Below are positions 1-14,700 of a stretch of 64,000 bases of DNA, in pieces. A model generated the notes under the pieces. The model did no database searches and had not been told where the DNA came from. It was given only the letters and a program-made list of their open reading frames with translations. The stretch comes from Glycera tridactyla (lineage: Eukaryota), in NCBI GenBank assembly GCA_965644265.1, contig OZ286472.1, positions 27,900,001 to 27,964,000 on the forward strand, in the 5' to 3' direction. Within the stretch, counting starts at the first letter, position 1, and every line of letters starts with the position of its first letter. The position numbers were made by a program, and so were the translations under genes.

Positions 1-3000
1 TAGCCTGTAAACAAATCTTCTGAATCCCTCCAACAGTCACAATTTGCGACATTCATCCAAATATCTGGCGAGATGGTTAGGGGGGCATTGATGAGAAACA
101 GGCAAATAATAAAAAAAATATGCCGAATTTGACGAGGAGATCACAATGGCAGAAATTTTTCTGATAAAATGCTCGAAATCTATGAGAAAAAAAAATCACT
201 CGATCATGCTCAGCGGAAACCGCTGCATGTGTATTCAAACATAATATGCATTACCATTCCGTCCTTTTGGTTTGAAATGACCAAACAAAAATGATAAGTA
301 TACTATTATTCATCTGGGTGAAAACACCTGCTGTTGGGTATAGCCCAAATGCAAAACTGCATGCCCGAATGCGAAACTGCATGGGCCTCCTCGCAAGCCA
401 TGTTGTAAACGATGAGGCTGCATCACTTCACTCCGATCATCAACTGAAGAGGGGGACATTCTCAGGGACCTGCCTTTGTATATATAGTCGTGGAAATGTG
501 GGATTTTCTTTCCAGACAGGATAATCTCACAGAACTCATACAGATCTCAGATATGGATGAGGGATATGAAGGAAATATATTTTACCATTTCAGCTTCCTA
601 AAAGTCAAACAAATATGACATAATCAAATACTAATCATTTTGACATCCATGTTCACTCATATTTTCACATTCAGCCGAATGAACATTGCAAAAGCCATAT
701 TCTGTGAATGCTGCACATGAATAACAAATGCAGCTGATTATAGTTATATCATAATGTAGCTCTGCAGGATGATAGAACTTTTTCATAATTGTTGAGATCC
801 TATTAGTAGTACAATATTTTATTCAATATTCTCATCGCAATTTATACCAAGATAAAATACATGATGGTTAATGTCTAGCATCTTCATGGTATACTCTCTG
901 ACTCTCAGTACCATCAACAAAATAATCTGGATGAATAGACCATGGCCAGCCATGCCAGCTAAGATATTAAAATGATGTGATATATAATTTGATATTGGTA
1001 CTGGTAATATTATAGATATCATTAACTCGCACGATTCCATTGGAAATCAACACCTTCAATATGATCACGATCATCAGTATCATATCCATCATTATTACCA
1101 TAATCATCACCACTGTAATTCTCATACATGTCCCAATAATTTAACTAGCAATAGCATATCTCCAAAGTGACACCCAAGGACTTCTGGTGACACTCAGTGT
1201 AGGAAGGAAATCCAGATGACAACACCAGAATGTATTTTAAAATATCAAGATATGTGCTTCTATGAGGTTAGTAGAAATGGATGAGCTATTGAGAAAGTAT
1301 GGTTTACCATTTCAGCTTCCTAAAATGCAAGGACAAAGGACGAACAGCATTCAGAACCACATCACAAAATGAAACAAGGTGAAAGAAGTGGCGATTAAAG
1401 CTGTGAATGAATGTGGCAATCAGTATCATGACAAGCAAATAAATCTCTCATGACAGTTGTTGAAATGTAAATATCTTAGGCATGGATAGGCTTTTTTCAA
1501 TCACTCATGATTATATAAACATAAAATTACGCTTGCACCAGTACTGATAAGGTGACGAAGAGGCTCGGTTCAGAGACAGGATAGAGATCAGACCATCATC
1601 TATCATCCAAATACAGCCATAATAAGACATGAGGTAGAAATATGACAAATGCTAGGAAAGGAGATGCACACAAGATAATGATATGTCATGGAGACTATTA
1701 ACAAGTCAGCAATGAAGTAATCAAAAGCACACACAAACAGTGAGCACGGGTGATAGGTCATATTTGAGTCTTCACGTCACACAAAATCTTAGCATCAAAT
1801 ACGATAATTATTCTTCTTCATTCAATTGATGAAATACAACTTATAATCCTATCAAAATAAAAACAATCATAAATGTGGAATTGGACTGTATTCCAGATTG
1901 ACGACTTTCTCAATGTGGTCATGTTCATGACATAAGATGACACGAGGAGAGGCAAAGATGAACATTAATCCCAAGTAAATTTTTCAGTTGATCAGAAAGT
2001 TATGAATTTTTCGTGATGACAGAACATGGTTTTGACTCCTACAACAAAAAACCCCATTCCCTACAATATGACTTTGCATATACCTGCACATATTTGATTC
2101 TGAAGAGGTAAGCTGAGCAAAAAATGAGTTGGTGTTACATAGAAGTCAGTTACATGATGGTTAAGTTAGAATTCACATCATGATATGGCATTTACTCACA
2201 AAAATATCTTGCTCTCAAGCCTACTTCGAGCTTGTTTTTCTAGCACTTTTTGAACAAATTCGGAAGAGTGAATTGATTTTCAGGAGAGTGAGTGTTCCAG
2301 TGGGAGAGTTGTCAGGTTTTTTTCCCATGAAGACTGCAATAGGCAGCTGCCTCAAGTGATAATTTATTAAAGAATTGTATGGGGCTGATATATACTAAAA
2401 TCAGAGTAGAAAATCCAGCAATATCATGCTGGACCTCTGAATATTCAGCGAGGGATACTGACTCATATATGAGTGGAAGTAGTGTACAGTGCCATTGAGT
2501 TTCTTCCTGCTGAGTTTGGAAAAAGGTTCAAGTCAGGTGAGATCACATCATCAATCAATGAGGATTTCAATTCGTACAAAATAGTATTCCTCATACACAA
2601 TATGTCTGTGATGCTCAAATCTGTCCTGAGAAAAATTGAAAAGATTCAATCAGGGACACTGGACTGATTTTGAAGGATTATCGAAATGATCAAGGTGAGG
2701 CCAACGAAGTGCATTCGGAGAATCATGCAAGATGTGGGCTATTACAACATGCAAGATGTCTACCACTTGGACAATATTATAGTAGAGGTCAGTATTGATA
2801 AGAATCAGTGATCTGGTATCACTGGCAGCATGAACTTCTGCGATCAGATCTATTCATCATGATAATTCCATGGACCGTAACCCCCAGGTAAAATAAACGA
2901 TTTCATATCATATCATATCATCCTCATGGTCACAGTCAACTAAATTGCGTGAATGCAGATATTCTCGACCCATCTGGAATATATGATGACGAACATCTGT

Positions 3001-6000
3001 AAGGAATGTCAGGAAAATGAGAATGATACTTAAATTCAATTTTGCCTGCCAATATCGCAACGAAAAATATTCTATGAATGGTATTCAAGAATTTGAAAAG
3101 AAGTTTATAGATGGTAAAATGTGAAACAAGAGCATCGTTCCTCATAATCACAGGTAACAAGATTCAGTTCCATGACTCATTAGGACGCAGCTACACATGC
3201 TTGCATAATCTGAATCAACTACCTCCCCTCACTTGCATCCAAATATATCTTAATGATTCACCAACAGAAAGCCATATAGATTCAACCGGCCACAAGATCA
3301 ACTATCAATGACGAACAGTACAGAGTATCATAGGAGGGTTTAGCTGTGGGCGTAGGATATAAATCTACTGCAGAGAGGAGTTCAGTATCCTCAGGTCAAA
3401 ATAATACATGCGTCAGAAAAGAACATGATGAGTTTGTAGCAGACCTGTCTACAAGATAGAAGATGGAATATCTACAGATGCTGGTTATTCTCAAGTTACA
3501 AATGCATGTTTTAGAATTTCAGAATAACTAATTGTTCGCTCGACTCCTCGATCTGTGGAAAGAGACATCATTACTGCAGAACATCAATCCACAACATCAG
3601 AATTATTTCCAGAATCAACATGTATTAAACGAGTGTAGCATGAGATACTATTCAACTGCAATAACAATAAAATATGAACATGGAGTTACTACCTTTCCTG
3701 AAAGAAATACATGATCAATAGTAGAAATGAATCTGCGAAAATGACCAGCTTCAATGATTGCTGGGGATCTGTTTATGTGGACTATATTCATATTTGATAT
3801 ATATCATGTTTATACTCTGCTAATGTAAATTGTAATGCACGTTTATACATTGCAGAAGATGCACAAACAAAACTTTAGCTCACACGCAGACAAATACCTC
3901 ATAAATTAATGTTCAAAGTAACAGAAACTAGACCAGTAAGAGGCTCAACCAAGTTGAACTGAGCCCGGGAGCACAGCTGCATAAGACATGCATGTTTAGC
4001 AGCTTCCTATGAAAAGACAGTGCTGGCGGAGGAGGCAAAAATGTACATACATCGATCAGACCTTTACCGAAGTACTGACTTCGAGCGAGGTGAAGATACT
4101 TTTCCATTGTAATGTCTCCACCGGCGGGCGGACTTGAAAGATACAAATGATTTGGGTTTATATTATGGGACTTCATTAGAGACAGCCAGCTTGTTCAGAA
4201 ACCATTTTTTACTTTTAATTGTTGAAGTTTTACTGGTAAAGTATTTGATCCCATCGAAAAGTGAATTGTGGGCTAGTGTTTGAGAAATCCTTCGTGGAAA
4301 AATTCATGATACCTGTAAATATCCCTTTTATGCATTGAAAAATACTTTATAAATGAATGTTTTGAATTGGCACATGGGTCCAATACCATATGACACCAAT
4401 TGACAAGTCAATTCAAAACACTACCGCGCATTCTGTTACAGTCTTGGTTTCACTAAAGATTGTCAGAATCACAGGAGAGCCTATTCCTGGGCAGAAGTTT
4501 GTGAGTTACAGTTTGGAGCCTAAAAAGGGATATATTCTACAACGCAACATACATAATCATACAATTGTGAATTGGTTGTTAGCAAAATGATGAAACTATT
4601 CAAGTACAAATTTTATAGTGAGAACCAATATGGATCCCAACAAGATTTTCTCAATGAAGATGACCTCTGGGGATATCATTCAGAACACATTCATAAGGAC
4701 AAGCCTGGAGAGGGCATAGTCATGGCATGACCATACTTGAAATGGAGGAATGTTATGATACTATTGGATGATGATATTTTATGAGATAATGGGTGTCTGA
4801 TAAGTGAGCATAAAATGTATCTATCAATCCTCCCGATCAATTTCAACTGATGACATATTCATATATCTATAACAAGTAATGTTATCATTGAGTGGTGATA
4901 TGACTGGACTAATGTTTCTTTTCAGATTGTTGATTCCATTATGGAATATGCAGTACCTAACCTATAATAATATCGACTTAAAATTAGGAAAAGGTGACAG
5001 GCAGATGAAATAAAAGAAATAAGGCAGAGGGCAGGTATTGCCAAGGAGAGGGTCATAGGCAGGGTTCATAGCATCACTCGATGAGAGTATGACCTAAAGT
5101 TGAAATGATTACCATCATCTAGGATGATAAAGCTCAAGCAGACATTTTTTTTAGGGGGGGTGGGGGGTTATATTCTAAACCAATTTCAACTTGCAATGAA
5201 TTCAGACACTAAGCATTCTATTTGATAGAGTATGATGATGAATATGAATTCATAACTGCAGCACTGGTAATAATATAGTCCACACTTCAGGGAGGTGGTA
5301 TCTGAATGTTTTGTTTTACGCCCCCCTATGGCAGGCAATGATTTTCCTGATATGCATGATCCAGGTCAATACTTACTGGACGGGGTTACTTTTTTATACC
5401 AGAAATCAAATCTAAAGGTCAGGGAATATCGGTAGTTTCTCCTAATGAATGGCAAAGTTGATAATCAACTTCTAATTTCAGAAAAATGATTGTTTGCATC
5501 CCTCTTTCCACAAAATTGCCCCATATATATCAGAAACCGACAAAATCCTCATCTGATGTGATGATCCTATTGTGTTGAGAATTATGTCTTGAAAAGCAAC
5601 AGATTCATGATCATCTCCCAATTATTTTGCTGGATATGCTTTGTCATGCAGGATGTTTGAAAAAGCATCTTTGTGAATGCTAGAGCTACATTACTTGTTT
5701 GTTGATTAAGGACATACAAATATCCTTGCATTATTAGTATTATATCCAAGTATATTAGTAGGAATGTTACAAACATGATTTTGAGCTAGTGAGTATTGTT
5801 TTATCATCTAACATACACAACCCACTCAACACACATAATAAGATCTAAAAATGGCAATTGATCTTTTATTTAGCTGATGCATATCATTTTCGAAATGCCA
5901 GTATATCAATACTTTGAGATAACAAAGATGTAACCAAATAAGAAACGACTGTCAGTAAAGAACAGTTTTGTGGTGGATGTTGTAGACATTTCAGAGTACA

Positions 6001-8639
6001 GTATGTGGGGATAAACATAATCACACTGATCAATTCGTCGTTTTGGATGAATACACAAGTAATGCATATCAATTTCACATCTCCTGAAGCCTATTGAAGC
6101 CCTTTACCGACTATTCCCCTTCATGTTTTGAACTGATTTTCCCAGGAAGCAGAATCAAATGTTCAATGACAAACTTCATGCTAGAGAATTTTCCCATTAC
6201 CGTCATTACTACATTAGCTTTTTAATACAAACATTAGTATACACTATCTGTATTTTTTCTACTTTCAGCATTATATACACACCATCCAATATGCTGATGA
6301 TGAGCCTATATCTAAACCATCATCATTGGTAAATTATCATTCACATACTTGATCCTCGTAATCATAGGCCAGTGGATCGACCATATGAAAACGATGATTT
6401 TGATGTTTTCTCCTGTTTGACCTTAAGTTCCTAGTCATCATAGGCCCCATTCGAGGATTATATCTACGCATTCTCCTCATTAACAGCTGGAAGAAGGTAG
6501 CACATACATAATTATATTAACAAATCTGACACATTATGAATAAATTCTGAATTCGGTTGATCCAATTTTTCAATAACAAGAATTGCTAAATAAATTAGTC
6601 TGACTGGCAAAACAATACAAAGTGATATCAGTATAATCCACAGAGATAGGTAAAAGTCTATTATCTTTTGATATAGTCAGTTTTCTTTCTTACAGCTGAA
6701 ATAATATTTGATCAGTGTCATAATCAACAAACAGGTCACTGATATCATGGTTTCTGGTCCACCCTGTCAGCCACCAGTAGCACCTGCATTTGATAGATTT
6801 CAAGAATTAACTTGCATGATAACACACATCCTCGATGAAATGGAAATACTACAATCGCCAGATATTCAGTTTATGGTATAACACTTGAATCAAGACCTTG
6901 GGATTCAGGGATTGGGTGGATGGGAGAAAAGGTGGGGCATGCCTTGAACGCAGAATGCAGAATGGACTGGGTTGGGAGTTCATAATTCATCACTACTCAT
7001 CAACATAAAACTAGAACAAAGTGAGCAAACATGATAAGAACATCTTCGTGAAAAATATATGGGTCATCGGATAAGAATAAACTATAATTTGAAAGATAAA
7101 ATCCAAAATAGGATTGTGCCTCAAGATGTTGGAGAATAGAAACAAGGTACAACACAAAGGAAAGTAGGTATACAGCATAGAAAGAGAGCAAAGAAATTGG
7201 TTTTCTGGAAAGGTAATATAACTGATGAGTTTGGATCGAACGAGTGTCTTCCATCAAATTACAGGGAATCTTCTCTCGAAAGCAGGCTAGATCTTTGTTG
7301 TATGATGGATATCATGTCATCTTAGTAAAAGCTGTGTTGAATCATGTTTCTTGACATTATTACACTCCAACCAGCATATATTCCTGTGAATCTCAATGAC
7401 TCATATCATCCTATATAGAACCCTTAAAATACTTTTCTTGTGCTGACACTGACGGTTAACAAGTTGATATAATGTTTTTTTCTTTTTGTTTATCTCTCCT
7501 ACAAGATTCATCAAAATATCATCAGCTTTGCATCAACTTCGGAACATGATCTCAAATAGCATGAACTGGGCGCTGCTTCCAACATGATCAAAGTCACCTG
7601 ATTCACAAGAGAAAGAATACAATATTCATGCTTTTCACAGTATACGTCTTATCATGTTGTTGCACAAGCAGGTTGACTATAAAAAATCATGAGAAGTTTA
7701 GATATTAAACCTTCTCCAATGAATTTAAGTTGCTGATATGGCATATGGATCACATATTCATTTTGAAGAATTCTATGACTGTTGAAGCTATCATAACATC
7801 TTATAGAAATGACAGCTTATAGATATGATGACAAACACTGGCATTCAGCAAAACATAAACAATCCATCTATGTCATAATACTTCAGAAGGTGGGGGACCA
7901 ATTCAGTAGGCTCCACAGAATCAACTGCAATATACATCATTATCTGAAGTAATCTTGATATCCACGGGTTCTGAAGAAAAACAAGAATATAAACACAAAA
8001 TGTCTAATGAAGCACTATATGGTTCAGATCTAGAAAGGCAATATTATCGATAGTGATATAGAGTGAAAATGAGCTGGAAAGGCAAAATGGTCTCCTGTTG
8101 ATTCAATTGCTAATTATATTATCCTATCTCCAAGCTGGAAACCTGTACATGATAGGAAAACTTATAGCATTGAATTTGTATTACTGTATATATCCATGAT
8201 ATTGTGTTGCACAGCATATCCCAACGATAGCCATCATCAGAAATGGTTTGACATTGTCAGGCTTATTCTTACCTAACTGACATGTAAGCCAAGAATTGTG
8301 TTATCAATACTTATTCAGTACAACATTAAAAACCTGATACATGAAGAGTAGCATTGTTACATGTCATTGCATACCCTATATTGTGAAGCCCCAGGTCATA
8401 TGAGTCAGGTATTCTGACATACTGTTCCAAACTACATCTGTCACCTCGGAACACTGGACACCTCGATTGTAATCAGTTTGGTATTGTACCGAAAAAGCTT
8501 TTTTGATGCCTGCTATCACAGGTGAAGGATTTGCAGAATGAATGCAGAATATATGCAAGGTCATGGATATATACAGAATACACTGTTTCACATAATTTGT
8601 CGATCGTGACATGTACTGGTGGACATTCTGCCCTTTAAT

Positions 8640-8645
8640 TCATAA
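8640..8645 (-). CDS. Putative terminal micro-exon (Leu-stop)
   Basis: Strong acceptor tatactttttttcag|TTA TGA, 66 nt downstream of the donor ATG|gtatgt at 8711; phase 0 on both sides. Confidence 0.55.
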   Translation of the reverse strand, partial: L

Positions 8646-11600
8646 CTGAAAAAAGTATAAATAGCTGAATTTATAGGATAGGGGATATGAATGGTGTTGA
8701 TAAATACATACCATATCTTGACTAGGCCCTGCTTGTTCTTCATCACCGTCTTTCATAGCTTCATCATAAGTTGGCGGTCCCCGTATTGATATATTGGTCG
8801 CGGATCCCATCACAGTCGATGGAAGAGTTGGAATGGAGAGACGTTTGCTATTCCCACCACCGGGAATATCCAGGTGGGATCCCTGTTGTGAGGTTGGATA
8901 GATGGGTGGCTCACTATGGCCACTGCCACTCGGGGCACCTGAGCTGCCATGATAACTAGGGGGGCCCGACTCAGGTGGTGCAGTAGGAATGATAGCATGT
9001 GGACTGTGGGGTCGTGTCAATGCTTCGTGACTTGACCTCCGCAAGCCAATGTTATCGTGTAAACCAAGTGAGTCGGGCATTCGCAAGTTTTCCGAACTGA
9101 CAGCAGGAGTATAAATAATTTCCGCAGGATTTTCTGGTCGCATAGGTGCAGGTACACCAGCTGTGGCAGCTGGCATTGGGAATAATCGTGAGCCATTGAA
9201 TTCTGTTTGTTGTGTCTCCTCCACTGCAAGCAAATGACAAAATCAAGAGTTATTCAAAGATGAAGAAAGATATGGTGAGAATGTTACAGTCTCTCGGAAC
9301 ATTCTTCCAATATTTTGGAATTACACAGTAGTCTTCCGTGAAAAAAGTCTCATCTGTAATTCATAATTCAGGGCCATTTGACACCAGTCGACCTGAGAAG
9401 CAAAATCAGAATAAAGATGAATAGATCGGTAGCTACTGTCCACCTCCAGCAATCAAATAGGCAACATGCAACATGCATACATTCACTACTTGGACATGTA
9501 TTTTAGGAGCATTTACTCATGCACCCTAATTTTCTCCGAAAATAGGCATTTTGGTGACTCAGGATCTGAATCCTATCTTCAAGGCATCTTCTTAACTACA
9601 AGACTGACTGTCTGAAATTGAGACAAATCCCATTTCACTGCGCTGATATTTCTATCATCCAATGATTTGCAGTCAGATGTCCGACTTGAAACTCATTGTC
9701 CATTTCATCTGTCAATCGTGACAAACTGCTTGGGCTGACCGACCCTTGTTTGTTCTCCAAATGGATGCACAAGGACCTTGTCATATGGATCACAAAAAGC
9801 TCAAAAGCAGGTGCATTCCACCGAGTCCCGCCCATTCAAATTGAATGATTGATTGATTGATTTTTGCTCAACTTCAACACCTATTGGGTGATATCAAATT
9901 GACTACTGCAAAAAATCCTAAGATTACGAAACATTCATTGAATTCTGAAGAGAGGAGTGCTCCATCAGGCAATCTCCTATTCTTTTTGAATAACAAGAGT
10001 GGATCTTTAGGATACATGGAAATACTCCCACACACATGGTCCCCGATTCTCAGTCGGTATGCTCACCCTTCATATCCTTCCAAACAAACTATCCATCATT
10101 GACAATAGAGTGCACAACTATCATACATAAACCTATCTCAGCAATGTATGGGATATCCTTGACAAGCTTACTCAACTATATATCTATCGGTGGATTCAGG
10201 GCACAGCACGACCCAGATCATGGGCGGGGCAACTGCATGGGTGAAAGTACTACCACAAAGATATTACCACAACTGCACATAACAAAGCCCCAAATCAGAT
10301 CTGTGTGAAGTGTATTACTACAGTAAAACCTGCCTTGGGAGACCACCCCAACTGCCAACAAAAAGTGGTCTCTCAAGACAGGTGGTCTCTCGTTGGAGGT
10401 ATATTTGACTATGTCAAATAGAGAAGAGCCGATAGAGAGCGGTCTCCCATTAGAGGATGGTCTCCCAAAAGAGGGGTCTCCCAAGACAGGTTTCACTGTA
10501 TAACTGTACAAGACCCTTGTTAGCCCCATGTCAAGTGAAAGAAGGAAAATTCTCAAGATATAATCAATCTTTCTCATGAATATGTGCCTCATTTGTGGAA
10601 AGGAGCGATTATTTGGATTGATGAAATGATGCAGGTGAGGTATAAATGCCACAAATCACCGGAGTCTATCCCCCATTTCACTACGACATTTCAGGAAGAA
10701 CCATGAATGTATGCACTGAAATCTCTCCCCATGAAGCAATGGTGGATCCACACCATCTTCAACCTGACCAGTACTGTCCAACCTGTCCTAAGCAGCCATC
10801 CACCTCTTCTGAGCAACCACATTTTTTTCATTCCCTAAGGGTGACTGCTTAGAACAGGTTTGACTGATGGCATTGTGAACTATATGTGTCCAGACTCATG
10901 GCTACTTCCCCCGCAATCTATATTTGGGGTCTATGGACATGATCCTTGCATCGGGCATAAACCAACTAATCAACCTACCAACCAATCAATCAATCAATGA
11001 ATTAATCAATGAACCAATCATCCCAGTCAACCAATTAAGCAATTAATGTTTTGTGTTTCTTCATTGAAACTAGCACCTGACATGGGGAATTATGTTGTGA
11101 TGAGAGATGTTGTGATCTTTAATTATTGATCTGGGTTTGGAATGCAAACTTGCTGGGAGCCGGTTCTTGTGTATGCTGACATGACTGAAAGATGAGCCAT
11201 GTTTGTGCACCTCATGCTTGTTAGCTAGTCAAGCCCTAGATTAAATATCAAATACATACATCTTTTAGGTAACCAGAGCAGCATGTGGCATGGAATCAAT
11301 ACAGCTCCTGAGAGCATGGCTAGCACTCTTTTTCCATCAAACATTGCCAATCAAAATGGTCCCAAAAAAGAACTGCATACAGAGACTGAACATTGTAGAT
11401 TGATTGAGTGGTGCTAAACATCTCGCTGACCCAAGCAGGATTATCCGAGGCTTGAGAACTGTTAACCACCATGAGAATGACATAGGCGCTCGGCATTGTG
11501 ATGAATTCCCAAGCGGAGGCAAGCCAATATGAACACCCACTGCATTTCTGGGAACACCTCAACCTTATCGAAAGATGCCTCAGATCAATGAAGGTGCGAA

Positions 11601-11730
11601 GGCTATGATGAGTATGTGAGCAGATCAGTTGCTCTGATCTTGCACACTCACACTCGGCCAGTATTGATGATGCTGCTTTGAAGACCAGATGCCATATTTC
11701 CTGCCATGATAATTCACAGGTATCATCTGA

Positions 11731-11792
<62 letters not shown>

Positions 11793-14700
11793 TTGGCGAG
11801 TGCGTCATTTTTTCCTCACACCTGAACACAGCTGTTTTGGGACACAGCTGTAGACTGGAGAAAGGTGGTGCTCCTGCCAAAGGTGGATAGATGCAATGCT
11901 CATATCATCAACCTGATTTCTCTATTTATTTCCCTCTTGTTTCTCCATCTCATCAAATCAACCTCCTATGTTTCTAAACCAACATCCCTTCAATCATAGA
12001 CAAATGCACTTTGACTTGCCCTAAGTATTTACTGTACTAAGCAAAAACATTTCAAGAGCAACCATGCTTTATTTACCTTGCCGGAGTACTTTTTTCTCAC
12101 TTCTATTGACCTGTTCCAAGCATGCACCTGGTTCTGAACAAATGATTCTGTGCCTTTCTTGGCTGCATGCTTGGGACAGGTTAAACTGTCATTTAAAAAT
12201 GATGGAGGACATCATGGAACCAAGGAAAGCAAGAGAGAGAGATGACTACCTGGTCCTCCAGATTTCACTTCAAGTCCATACACAGCTGCTCCGACGCCTC
12301 AGCAGTGTACTCCTGTCCGTTCATCCCTCTGCCTACTCACCCATCCGTCTGTCTCTATCTCTTATCTCATCTTCTTTATTTTTCTTCTCTATCTTTCTAC
12401 CTCACACAACCTTTTTCTCACTCTCTTTGATGGGGTGAGACACAAACTGTTGGAATGAACAGAATGTATTCATTTCTACCAGGTCCCAGGAATCATCAAT
12501 AGCGAAAAAAACTTCTACAAACTTCGTGAAACTTAACTGGAATTTATGCATGTCAATCAATCCTATCTTTCTCATCCTTTCCGCTACCCTGCTATATAGG
12601 ATACTGTAGTCAGGTAATACTTACATTCTTCTCCATATCATCCAATGGTATGGTTTGTATATATGGAAACTATGTATCTATGTGCATACAGATTTACTAA
12701 CCAAACTAATGCTTGGCTCACTGATTAAACCAGACCTGTAGGATAATATTCTTGTATATATGCTCAATTTTGGCCTACTATACTAATTACCAACCCATAC
12801 TCGTTACCACTGGATGATGCTCAGTAGAGCAAAATGTGGTGTATTTCCTGTAAATATATTTACGAGTTTAAATAAAGTATGTCTGAATTTGAATTTAAAG
12901 ATAGGGGAAATGCAGCCTTATGCAACATTAAGCAAAGCACTTCAACAGCGAAGGTGATTTTTCAGGATCAAGTAGGATTATTGTCTCAACTGCCTAAGTT
13001 GACTCAATTTCAAAAACAATTTAGTTCTGCCATATATCTTCATTACAGACACATACTATCATTGCTGGAGCCTATCTCATCAAATATAGGTGCAGCATGA
13101 AATTTACATTTGTGTGAATTGATTTCCATGATCATTTCACATCTTGAGAGAATGAATGGAATTTGCAGTACAGTATCCTTGGTATGATCACCTGAGTTTC
13201 CGATTTAATGCCATGATAGGCCTTGTCAGGCTTGAGCCTTTCTCATTTCCCAGGGTCGAGTTCACATCATCAACTGCATGTGCTGAACATTTTACAGTTT
13301 CCAATGCTTGAGTGCTCATACACGCCTGTATTGAGTTGAGTGGTAGAGTAGAGGTGTCACTAAGCTATCCTCGCCTGCGCTCATAATGTCTGTGCGACAA
13401 TGTAGGTCCAGTAGTGAAATGTCAACTCTGTCCATTTTGGTCACTCCTCAGAGTAGGAGCCCGGATCTCCAGTACACGGCAATGCAGTACATTTGAGAAC
13501 AGGGAGACAACTGCTTCTCACTATACCTAAAATATACTTTCACAAACTGGCGCAAAAATGTCAGGTGCAGTCAGACAGTCAAGTCTAAGCTGCCACCTGC
13601 CTGCAAAGGCCACATTTTGATGTGACCTGCAGTGGTCTATATAGAAAAATTCAACTGTATATGTATGGGATACATCTGTGAAAGTCAAATTTTATTTCAC
13701 AGAAACATCAATATCTGAATATAGCCTTCATATTCCCACAAGGACCTGGGTCTCAGTTACAATGTATCATTAGTTCATATCGGATCATATTGGCTTATCT
13801 GAGAGCTCAAATGCTAAAATGAAGCATATCAAACCTGGCCAGATGAAAAATGGGAGAGAAGGATGCAATGGACAAAATTGATGAGATGCCGCAGGGATAG
13901 CTCATTCAGATGGAAGTCACCAGGGGACAATATTAGTCAAATGTAGGTGTACCATGAATTGATATGTGATGAAATATGTGATGAGAGACCCCTCACAAAA
14001 TATCACCTGTGATGGGAGAGCAGTTTTTCCAGGCAGTTTTTCTTCTTGACATAGTCAAGTATAAGTCTGACAAGACCAACACTTCTGAGAGACCAAATTT
14101 TGGTGATATTTAGAGTAGTCTCTCGTCTCAGATTTCATTGTTGTAGTTATGAACTACTATGTCATTTTTTATTGCAACCTATCCTTTTTGACACCAACCC
14201 CAGGCATGACGATGGAGATTACTTACTGGATATTCACTTTGAGCCAGAACTGTCAGCTAGACACTCGCTCACATACAGAAGGTCACATTTTGACACCTGC
14301 AGGAAGGCCTTGACATTGACTGAGTAACCAACATCAGCCATCTAATCTTTTAATGAAAAAACATCTCATTTTAATGGGCACATATCATCCCTCAAGGTAT
14401 GAAAGACTCATATCCATGTAGAAATATAGACATGATTCACTGCAAATATCATTAATTTGTTTGAATACCACATATAGACATTAAGAGCAATTCATTGAGG
14501 TTGGAGTGGCACCTAGTGGCAACTATTGGAAATGATTGTTCCTCTCCCTTTGCTAGATGACTGAAACATTTATTTGATTGAAACTTATGATACAGGTGAG
14601 CGTAGCCTTACATAATGGTGGATTTCTCTTTGTTTTGGGGCATGATGCCGAAAACTCATAAGCCATGATAATGAGTTCTCATTCATCAGGGGGTCATTCA

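Noticed and set aside
2461-2830. Protein-like plus-strand stretch interrupted by stops (possible decayed retroelement)
   Set aside because: No motif I can recognise.
10218-10652. 144-aa ORF, and similar ORFs at 25862-26148, 27068-27514 and 31296-31890
   Set aside because: They run through MITE sequence; shared peptides such as RPPL/DHF reflect the MITE's internal repeats, not a protein.
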